Origin: Gekko japonicus
Lineage: Eukaryota
Length of the DNA: 64,000 nucleotides
Direction of reading: 5' to 3'
Assembly (NCBI RefSeq): GCF_001447785.1
Contig: NW_015164247.1
Span: 30,600 to 94,599, forward strand
Positions 1 through 11,100 of the stretch are shown here, piece by piece. The number at the start of each line of letters is the position of its first letter. Positions within the stretch are counted from its first letter, which is position 1. Below the pieces are notes generated by a model. That model saw nothing but the letters and a program-made list of their open reading frames with translations, searched no databases and was not told the DNA's origin. Made by a program: the position numbers and the translations under genes.

Positions 1-1048
1 TTAGTTCTGTATACAATTCAAGATTAAAGTCAGATACACAGAATGCTGCAATTTAAGCTACAGTTGCCAATGCCAACTCCAGGTTGGGAAATTCCTAGGA
101 GGGAAGGGACACCAGCCGGGTATAATGCTATAGAGTCCNNNNNNNNNNNNNNNNNNNNNNNNNNNNNNNNNNNNNNNNNNNNNNNNNNNNNNNNNNNNNN
201 NNNNNNNNNNNNNNNNNNNNNNNNNNNNNNNNNNNNNNNNNNNNNNNNNNNNNNNNNNNNNNNNNNNNNNNNNNNNNNNNNNNNNNNNNNNNNNNNNNNN
301 NNNNNNNNNNNNNNNNNNNNAACAATCTGCCATCTCAACCATTCAGGTGGCTGTGAATAGGTCAGGAAGGATTCCTAATTTATGCCTGTTTGATCCAATG
401 GGTTATGCCACTGAGGATTTTCTATCAAAAATATATTTGCAGTACAATCCGGGGTTTGTTTACCCAGAGGTAAATCTGACTCCTTACTGAANNNNNNNNN
501 NNNNNNNNNNNNNNNNNNNNNNNNNNNNNNNNNNNNNNNNNNNNNNNNNNNNNNNNNNNNNNNNNNNNNNNNNNNNNNNNNNNNNNNNNNNNNNNNNNNN
601 NNNNNNNNNNNNNNGCATACTGCCTAGGGGGGCTTCTTGGGGGTAGGACGCCTCGTGTTAAAAAGCCACTTTATTCGGTACTTGATACTATGTTTACGAA
701 GGGAGAAAAGTGCCCCTTGCATGCGTGCCTGCCAATAAACAACTGAATAAACGGAGGTAGGCATGCATGGGCCTACTAAGGGGGGGAAAGAAGAAGGGCG
801 GCATAAGACACCAAGAGCCGCTCCATCACTCAGGCCGCTTGGGCGGGAAAGAGGCGGCAGGGCGGGGTCAACCAAACGGCCCTGCTGATATCCTTCCGCT
901 CTCACGACATCCTGCACAGGAGGCGCCTTCCGCCACCGCCCGGCTTCTCAGTCAGTCGCTCCTTCCTTTGTGCCTTGCTGCCGGTCTCCTTTTGTTCCGG
1001 GAGGCTGCGGCATTCCCCCGGCGGATTCCCCTCTCTCTACGCAGCGAG

Positions 1049-1213
1049 ATGATGACCGACGGCCGGGAAGACTCGGCGGAGCTTGTAGGAGAGGCCGCCC
1101 ACCGCGGGCTTTCTGCTCGGGGAGCCCACATAGCCGGCGGTGCGAACGGGCTGCTGGAGAAGGGGTTCGACATGTATATCCGGGACCCCTTTGACGCGGA
1201 GCGGAACCCGCAG
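1049..1213 (+). CDS. Duplicate copy of ACCS-like coding exon 1 (real tandem duplicate or assembly artefact)
   Basis: Same peptide as 1959-2123 with one synonymous change (GGT/GGC) and the same donor. Confidence 0.5.
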
Positions 1214-1958
1214 GTGAGGGGCGCTCCTCGTCCCGGCCGTCCCTTTGGAAGAGCTTTAATAACAATCTGCCATAGCAACCATTCAGGTGGCTGTGAATAG
1301 GCCAGGATTCCTAATTTATGCCTGTTTGATCCAATGGGTTATCCCACTGAGAATTTTCTATCAAAAATATATTTGCATTACAATCCGGGGTTTGTTTACC
1401 CAGAGGTAAATCTGACTCCTTACTGAAAGTAATCACAATTTAGTCCTGCCCTGGAGCGATCAGAATTGACCCTAACCAGAAACTGCGAAATTAACGGAGA
1501 AATATTTACAAGGCTTTTAAAGACAGTTGTTTGGTTGCATACTGCCTAGGGGGACTTCTTGGGGGTAGGACGCCTCGTGTTAAAAAGCCACTTTATACTA
1601 TGTTTACGAAGGGAGAAAAGTGCCCTTTGCATGCGTGCCTGCCAATAAACAACTGAATAAACGGAGGTAGGCATGCATGGGCCTACTAAGGGGGGGAAAG
1701 AAGAAGGGCGGCATAAGACACCAAGAGCCGCTCCATCACTCAGGCCGCTTGGGCGGGAAAGAGGCGGCAGGGCGGGGTCAACCAAACGGCCCTGCTGATA
1801 TCCTTCCGCTCTCACGACATCCTGCACAGGAGGCGCCTTCCGCCACCGCCCGGCTTCTCAGTCAGTCGCTCCTTCCTTTGTGCCTTGCTGCCGGTCTCCT
1901 TTTGTTCCGGGAGGCTGCGGCATTCCCCCGGCGGATTCCCCTCTCTCTACGCAGCGAG

Positions 1959-2123
1959 ATGATGACCGACGGCCGGGAAGACTCGGCGGAGCTTGTAGGA
2001 GAGGCCGCCCACCGCGGGCTTTCTGCTCGGGGAGCCCACATAGCCGGCGGCGCGAACGGGCTGCTGGAGAAGGGGTTCGACATGTATATCCGGGACCCCT
2101 TTGACGCGGAGCGGAACCCGCAG
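1959..2123 (+). CDS. ACCS-like coding exon 1 (second tandem copy)
   Basis: MMTDGRED...LSARG...YIRDPFDAERNPQ followed by donor gtgagg; phase 0 into GILNFGTSEN. Confidence 0.85.
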
Positions 2124-5100
2124 GTGAGGGGCGCTCCTCGTCCCGGCCGTCCCCCCCCCTCCCCGGCCGGCTTGGGGGACCCCGCCTCGCCTGCAGACAG
2201 GGATGATGTAGGGCGACTAAAAGTGTAATTATGGAAGACCCGGATTGAGGATGGGGGCGATGTGAGGAAACGGGGTCATGTAGAGGGATGGGAATCGCTG
2301 CAGTGTCTGCATGAAGAAGAGGGGAGGAGGGTGGTAGGAAGGCGTAGGAATACTTGGGGAACGGAGTATGTGAATGTTGTAGAAAAAGGAATGTCAAGAA
2401 GGGGGTGTGGGAGGGAGTTTTGTAGGTGGGGGAAGAGAAGATGTGGGGCACAGCCCCAAGAGCTTAAGAGGGTTTGGGGGGGGGGATTGGAAGAGGATAG
2501 GCATCTTTGTATCTAGGCTGGAGCTTTGCTGCAGCTCTCAGGAGGGAAGGAGGCTTCCAGGTAAATATTCTTTATGGAGGTCAGGATTTCTGGATGGTTG
2601 GTGAACGAATGATGGCAGAAGTACTTCTACTGTTCCTTTCAGCCGGAGCTCCGCTGGCACAGCGTCGCCCTGAGCTCAAGCGGAGGGAGTTCCGTCCGGT
2701 TTGCACAAGCGGGAGGGTGACGTTATTCCCTGACCTGAAATCCCCTTGCTAGAAAACTGCTTGTACAGCTTCTTCTCACTGTTAGTCTAGGCTGCAGAAG
2801 AACTCAGCATGGGCATAAAGCTGTAGTCTTATATAAGAAAACATGCATAACCTATCTGTAGAAAATGGGAAGAAATCTCTAATGGGATATATTGATTTTA
2901 AAATGCCGAAGTAGATCCCTGATGATAAATGCAACTGTTTTTTTGACATGTCTCTAAAACGATATTTTAGTTTTGCTGTGTATAATGTTACTTCTTTGCT
3001 TATATTGTGGGAAAATATGTTCACTGTAGTAGTGTAGTTCTGTATTGCCTTTTGGTTCATTAGTTTTCTAACCAGGAAGAGTGTGCGGCAAAATTTTCAA
3101 GATTTTCCATGTTGGTGCAGAACAGCATGAGTGGCTGTAGCTCTTTAATGCATTATTTTGTTCCCAGGGCATTTTGAATTTTGGAACAAGCGAGAACAGG
3201 CTTTGCTATGATTTAATACACGGAAGGGTAAGTTTGGCTACACACATGAATAGTGTGGGTTACAGATTTTGGAAATCATAATTTGCATTTGTGGTTTTGA
3301 TTTCTTGTTGAATAGTCAAACATGATGTCTGATAGTACTAAATATGCAACAAAGTAATGAACCTGCTGCATTAATAACCAATGATTCAGTAGATGGCAAG
3401 GAGGACCATGGGAATATATTCCTTGCTGCATACTGGTCCAGTGATATAGGGGAATTTCAGACAGCCAATCTATTCCGGTTCAGGAACTGTTCCCTAACGG
3501 TTTCTGGTCTGACGTTTCAGACAAAACCGTTTTAGTAACGGTTCCCTACCAGAATATATCTTCACTTTCAGACAGAAACGCTTCTGTCCCATTCAGGAAA
3601 CATGGCTGAACCGTTTTACCTGCAAACTGCTTCCAAGCGGTCTCCACTTTTCTATACCATTTCTGAAACGCTACAGGGTGCTGTGTAAAATGCTCCTGTG
3701 CTGCTTTGTTTTCCAGCCCTTTTTTGCCCATCCGGGCGATAACGTTCGTTTTAGAGTGCTATGGCGCTATAACGCCATAACAGAACACCAAAACAGCGAC
3801 CCCATTGGAATGCCTGGACTCCACTGGGGTACATGAGATCGCTACATCTGCCACCTGGAAACAAGTACCTCATTGGACTGCAGGCTTTGGCAGGAAATCA
3901 GGGCATCAGTGATTGGTGTGACAGATGTTGCTGACCCTTCCATGCCCACTGTGAGTCCTTGCATTGTGGGGGGATGACAGAATCCAGGAAACTCTGCATT
4001 CGTCCCAAAGAAATTATGCTTATTTCCAAGGCAGACCTTCTTGTTGAAGAGCTCCTCCAGAATCACCTCCTTCACAATAAGGAATGCAGTTGACAGGCCC
4101 ACACCAAACTGATGTCTAAGTTCCCTGAATACTTCTTGCTTGGCCAGGTACCATAGGGTGATGGCCAGTCTTTTCTCCACTGGAATGGATATCCTAATGT
4201 GAGTGTTCTGCCACTCCAGACAGTGCCCCAGGTAACCAGCTAGTTCAAAAAAGGTTGCCCTAGACTTCTGGAAATTCTTCAGCCAGTCTTTATTGATCCA
4301 TGTGCCCATCACAGTGTTGTTCCACCGGTCCTCACTCCTCTCTTTTACCCACCAACATCGAGGGACTGTATGGGCAGCAATGACAGGTACCCATGCCTTG
4401 ATAGATGCCTTCCGATTGTACCTGGAGGGTGCATGGCTCAAGACAGGCATGTCAGTTCTCCTCCTAGAGAGATTAAGGAAGTGCGTAAGCACCTCACTCA
4501 AAGCTGCTGTGCTGCTGATCATCATCTGCAACACCTCCAGGATCAGTTGCAACAAGGTAGTTATGGAGACCATGACTAATAGATCAGTAGCCTCTCACAC
4601 AAAACTACTCTAACCAGACAAGCCTACCACTTACCAACTTCAGCCCACAATGATAAGGGGTTTGCCTCTCTGCCCTTTATACCTGATTCAGCTCTGTGCC
4701 AGTCACTTCCCAGCCAATCGCCTAGTGGCATGGATGGATGCACATCAGGCTGGGTCAGCAGCATCTGTCTCACCAATCACTTGTTGCCCTGATCTCCTGC
4801 CTAAACCTGCCGTCCATTTTCTCCCGAGCTCCTGATCTCCTGCCTAAACCTGCCGTCCAGTGAGCATTTTCTCCTGAGCTGGCAACCTGACAACCCATCA
4901 TCTTCCCCTGACTCACAGTGGGCATGGAAGGGTTAGCAACATCTGTCACACCAATCATTGATGCCCTGATTTCCTGCCAAAGCCTGCAGTCCAGGTGGCA
5001 GATGTAGCCATCTCATGTATCCCATTGGAGTCCAGGCATTCCAATGAGGTTGCTGTTTTGGTGTTGTGTTATAGTGCTATAGCGCCATAGCACTCTAAAA

Positions 5101-8100
5101 TGAACGTTAAAAAAAAACCTGCCGTCCATTTTCTCCCGAGCTGGCAACCTGACAACCCATCATCTTCCCCTGACTCACAGTGGGCATGGAAGGGTTAGCA
5201 ACATCTGTCACACCAATCATTGATGCCCTGATTTCCTGCCAAAGCCTGCAGTCCAGGTGGCAGATGTAGCCATCTCATGTATCCCATTGGAGTCCAGGCA
5301 TTCCAATGAGGTTGCTGTTTTGGTGTTGTGTTATAGTGCTATAGCGCCATAGCACTCTAAAATGAACGTTAAAAAAAAAGGATGGAGATTGCCTGCACGG
5401 GCAAAAATGGGCAGGAAAACAAAGTGGGGCAGTCTGAAATGCCAAACCGCTTCAAGAGATGGCTCCTTACTGGTAGGGGAAAGGCTGTGTGAAATGGCAG
5501 CCCTGTATCGGTTTACTCCAAGACAGTACAATAATGGCTTTAAAACGTCTTTAAAAGGGTAATGTGAAATTCCCCGTAGTGATAAATTTAAATTCCTGTG
5601 TTCAGTATAATTGTTGGTGACGTGCATTTTTTTTCTATTCAGCCTCTCGGGCTAGCCTGAGTGGAACCACATGGTACAGTAATGCACATATCAATCTTCA
5701 ACAAGGATGAAAGGGAAGATGCCTAAGCATAGTTACACCCTTCCAAGTTTGTTGAAGCCAGTGGGTATAACTCTGCTTAAGGTGGTTCTAAAACCTGGTT
5801 AATTTCTCAAACACTTTGTCACCAAGAAATAATGCTTGAATAAATTGATGAGAACAAGCTATAAATGGGAAAGTCTTTAACTACCTTTTTAAAATGTATT
5901 GACAGCTCACTAAACCTGACATGACTTATCTAGAGCCTCATTTACTGCAGTACTCCGATACACAGGGCATTAAAAGGTATGATTAATTCAACATCATGTG
6001 ATATTTGGGTGCAGTTTCTCATATTAGTTTTGGTAGCTATTAATGTTGTGCCACCGCTAAATGTCATTTGGCAACCATGGTACCACTTATTGTTCACTTT
6101 ACTGATTGATTTGATTTGTGTCCTGCTTTTTTACTGGGGGTTAGAAAGTGGCTCACACCATTGGTAATCTATAATTTTTTACATTTTACGTTATGAAATT
6201 AAAGCCATGAAGGTTGAAAAGTGCCCATTTGGGGGCATTTCTGGTTAGGAAAATAGCACAGGGTAAAGGCTGGAGGGCCCCCCCCCCCCGCACCACAATC
6301 TGGACTCAAATCATGAAGCATTTGCACTTGGGAAATGAGCTCCTGGCAGTGTGACATGTGGTTGATTTTCTTAAAATCAGGTGGGGGAACCTGGACCCAA
6401 CGGGGGGGGGGAATCTAGTTTGGCCTTGAGCCAATCCAGGAGCAGATGTGCAATGCAGTATTTGCCTGTTTCTCTCTCTCTCTCTCTCTCTTTTTTACAG
6501 AATGTGAACTGTAGCACTAACATAAGCACTGTTTCTAATTTTTAAATCACTACAGCCAAAAATGTGTTTTCTACTCCTCCAAACAGGATCACACCCACTT
6601 TTGTATTATTAAAATGTTTTATTATGATTATGAACTGCTTAATGCCAGTGATGTGATACTGTCTGTTAATTTTATACTTCAGCTTCAGAGAAGAAATTGC
6701 AAAGTTTCTTACTGAGTATGCAAAAGCTCCATCAGCACTGGATCCAGAACATGTAAAGTACCAAAGTATTATTTCTGCTTAATACTGTGACAGTAATCTT
6801 TAAGATCTTCATTGAGGCTTTTGCAAAGGTTGCTGGGTTTTTCATCCCTTTCAAATTGTTTTGGAAACTGTGCAACTCTAAAAAGTGATGGGATGTTTAA
6901 AGACAATTGATCATGATTGCATGTGTGTGTTTTAAATGTTTAGATAGAGCAAATACCCCACATAAACGATATATTATACGTGTCCCATTTTCCTTCAGAG
7001 ACCTCAGATCACCTTGCATAAGATTCTGAAGTTGTACAGGTTTTTTGGGGGGAGGGGTTAACTGGCTCAACTATAAAGGCTGGCTAATTCCTGCCCTCTC
7101 TCTCTCTGATCCGTTCCTTTAATTCATCCGTTCCTTTAAGTCATTAAAATAGCCACCTGGAAACACTGTTTTATTTTTTCAGTTTCTTTCTGTATACTTA
7201 CAGGAAGCAGTCAATTACTAAATTTAGCCAGTGGATTATCACTGTATGTAATGTGAGTAGGCCATGCACAGTATCCTTCTCAGAAGATGGTTGTATTGAC
7301 TGTGGCATTTTTGCTTGTGACATTCTAAGTAAAAATAAATTACCACTTGAAAGCAACCTCAGAAAATCTGAGCCAGTAAACAATATGTTGGTCTAAGTGA
7401 CATATGCTTTCATAATTTCACTTATGTAATAACCCTGTAAGAATCCTGAATACAGGAATGATTGGATTCCAGCCAGTAGGATCAATATGTATAGCAGGGA
7501 AAAAGACAACTGCTTGAGTTTGAGGATATAATGGCCTCTTTTTTAAAAAGTTGTTTGAACCGCTGACAACTGGATGTGGCAAACTTGTTTTAAGTCTAAA
7601 GAAAATCAGAGCTTCAGTGGTTTGGCAGTTTTGCTCATTGTAATTTGATATTTCCCCCCAAGATTACTGTGATGAATGGCTGTTGTGCCGTCTTCGCTAC
7701 TCTTTCAACTGTATTGTGTGATCCTGGAGGTAAGAAAACTTGCAGTTCAACCTTGTGCAGAATTACATTCTTTAAAATTAATGGACTTGGAAGGGTGTAA
7801 TTCTGTTTAGGATTGCAGTGTTAGATACATATTACCCATAGATAAGAACCATTCTGGTAACTGATGTTTCAGTTTGTTCCAAAAAAGGGTTCCTTTTTTA
7901 ATAGGCTTATCTGGGGATAATAGCTAAATCTCATACAGGGCAATCTTTTTATCACTTCATCTTATTGAAAATATGCCTTAACATAATTTACAAGTTTAGC
8001 TAAATTTCTTGTGAAATTCATAAAAGCTAAAAAATAGTATGTGCCTCTCCCATCCTAAATAACCCATTCAACCAAACTGGAGTTTGGATTAATCATAAAT

Positions 8101-11100
8101 TGAGACATAAGAGGTGAAAATAATTACTAAAAAATTGTATATTGGTGGGCTTTTGAGGGGGGAGTTGAGTGTATGCTAGTAATAGTATTTGATTTAGAAA
8201 CTTCACTTAATTAGGGCTGTTCTTTGGCACCATTCACTCAGACAGTATGAACACATAGAAAAAGATTTTGAAAGTATTAGTCTGCTATGTGCAAAGTATA
8301 GCACTAATTTTTAACAGCTGATAAACGTGCATATTGTCAATATTACGCGGTGTCGGCCCACAGCAGACCAAACATGGGTGCAATGGTATCCAATAAAGAC
8401 TGGAGTCTCTCAGGCTTATGTACAAATAATATACAGTTTATTATACAAGCCTCTCACCAAATTGCAAAGTATAGCACTAATTTTTAACAGCTGATAAACG
8501 TGCGTATACGAAATTTTCATTGTGCTTTTTTGTTGCAGATGGGTATCTAATTCCTGCTCCATATTATGGTGGCATAAATTCCAAAACTTGGCTGTATGGT
8601 GGAATGCAGCCTGTTCACGTGCCCTTGTTCAGTGAGGTAAAGCTCTCATTGTTTTATTTATTCATTTAGAAAATTTGTTTATGCTGCTTTTTCAGAAACC
8701 TGCCTGAGGCACCTTACAAAATACAAAATAATAAAAATAAAACATTAAAATATATTAAAATACAGCATTAAAAACCCAGCCCAGCATTTTAATTAAAAGC
8801 CTGGATGAACCAAAAAGTTTGGCCCAGTACATTAAAGAGAGTAACATAGGCTCTCTTTAAAGCACTGGCTGGCCTCAAGGGGAAGGGCATTCCACAAGTG
8901 AGGTGCCACTATTGACAAAGCACGCTCTCTGGTTATAACCTCCCTCACACCTCTGAAGGGTGGGCCACAAAGAGTAGAGTTTGTGAGACGGATCTTAACA
9001 ATATGGGAGGCGGTGGTCCTTCTGATTACCTGGCCTCCCAGGCCTTTTACGGGTTTAAAGGTAAGAACCAGCACTTTGAACTGGGCCTGGAAACATTTTG
9101 TTGTGCCCACCACCCTGATCAGAATTCTAGAGGAGCCTGCAGGTTCAGAAAAGTTGGGGACTCCATTTCTAACCATTATATTTATAAGATTATTGCCTTG
9201 TCCCATTGATACATTACAGTTTCTCAACAAATACCTCCTTTTTTCTTCTGTGTACTTGCAGAGGTGGCAGTATGTCACACCCTAAAAGAATGAATTTGGT
9301 CTCTAAGGATTTGTGCAGGAGAATGAGATGATAGAAGAATAGACTATACCAGACCATGCAGTATCACATTTTTGAAGGTTTTTCCTATCTTAACCCATTG
9401 CAACATCGAATCAGACCAAGCCACAAAAGATTCTGCACCCTTTCTCTATGCTTCTCTAGGTTGTTAGTTGCATGGAACTTTTATGCAAAAGCATATTCAA
9501 AGCTAGAATCTCACCTCCAGGCTGAAGTGGTAAAATTCATTACAACACTTCTTTGACACCTCTTTCTTTTGAAGGTGTGAACCAGGCCTGAAGACTTTTA
9601 ATCTCTGCATCAGTATATATCCAGTATACAAATTATTCTTTGTAAATAGCAAATTCTTTGCAAGACTGAAACTTACAAACATCAATGAAAATATTGACCT
9701 TGATCCCAGAAATTCATGAAGAGCAATAATGGTCTCCAAATGTAGGAAGGGAATATCAACAGTACAAGAAGGAGAACTCAGGGCATGAATGCACTATTTG
9801 CTACTCATGCATTTTGCTGTCTTTCCTCTAACCACAGTAACTACCTTTAAGACTCTCAAACAAAATAGTTCATTTCACTGTAGATTATTGCAGTGAGAAT
9901 TCCTAACTTCAGTTTTTGTTTTAAATTTTATGCAGGTGACTAATGAAGACGGTCGTCCATTTCAGCTAACAATTGAAAAATTAGAAATTGCATATAAGCG
10001 AGCGATGGAGCAGGTAAGAATATTTTAAACTGAACTCAGGTTGGTGTAAATTTGATTACTGTGGGTTGTATCCGGTCAGCCTTTGGCAGAAAACATGGGT
10101 TTCTCCTACATTCCCAACTCCAGCAGCCCCTTTCAATCTCTGGAAATATTATTTCTAGAGTTGTGGAAAGTATGTGGGCAGCCACTTAGGCTGGGGTAGG
10201 GGGCTGCAGTACGAAGGGATTGAAATATCTCCATGCTCTTACATCGACTCTAGACAGGAGGAAGAGGTGGCAGCAGTTTTAGCTCGTCTCATGACCTGCA
10301 CACCTGTCTGTTCTTGCAATTCCTGCTAGTTCAAAAGTAATATTTATAGAGTTGAAATGGATTGCTGTGGGAGGGGGAAACCACATCTGTCAGTTCCTTC
10401 TGGCATTTGGTTGGGTCCAACCCAAGTCAACTTTGCAATGAAAATGGACACACTTCCATATAACGGATTATTAATATTGCAAACATATGCAGAGGGACTC
10501 TAGTCTAAGCCCATTGATTTCCGTGGACTTGGACTGGAATAACTTCACAAGGTCGCACTGTAAGGCTTGTAAACACAAATATTTAAATGAGTAGGAGTAA
10601 TGCTTGCTATAAAAATGATCTCATTCTTCCATCCTTCATGCTGGTGTTTATAATTTTCTTGTGTAGATTTATGCGGCAATAGCGTTGTTGCTGGTTGGGC
10701 ATATCACATCTGTAATATTGTAAGGCAGACCTTAACTGTTGAAGAACAAATTCTAAGCAAACAATATTAAAAAGCTGCAAGATTCGAGTCCAGCAGTACC
10801 TTAGACACCAACAAGATTTCCAGGGTGGAAGAGCTTTCGAGAGTCAAAGCTCCCATTAATAAATTGAAAGATTCTTTTTTAAAAAATGATTTTTCTTCAG
10901 ATTATACATGGAAGCGTTGTAGATTGAAAGTTTGAGAACATCATAAAACATTCAAAAGCTGTTTTGATACTTTACATGCATTGCATTTCTGTGATAGTTT
11001 TAAATGGGTAAATTGCAGAAATTCCCAGTACGTTTTAACAACAACTCTGCCTCCCAGGGAAGAAAGGCATTTGATATTCCTCTGCCTTTTATGTATCTAT

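Larger units (their letters stand above)
321..2153 (+). repeat. Tandem duplication, unit about 0.92 kb (junction near 1244), containing the ACCS-like promoter and first coding exon
   Basis: 321-1243 matches about 1261-2153 with several SNPs, a 4-bp indel and a 12-bp indel. Confidence 0.9.
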
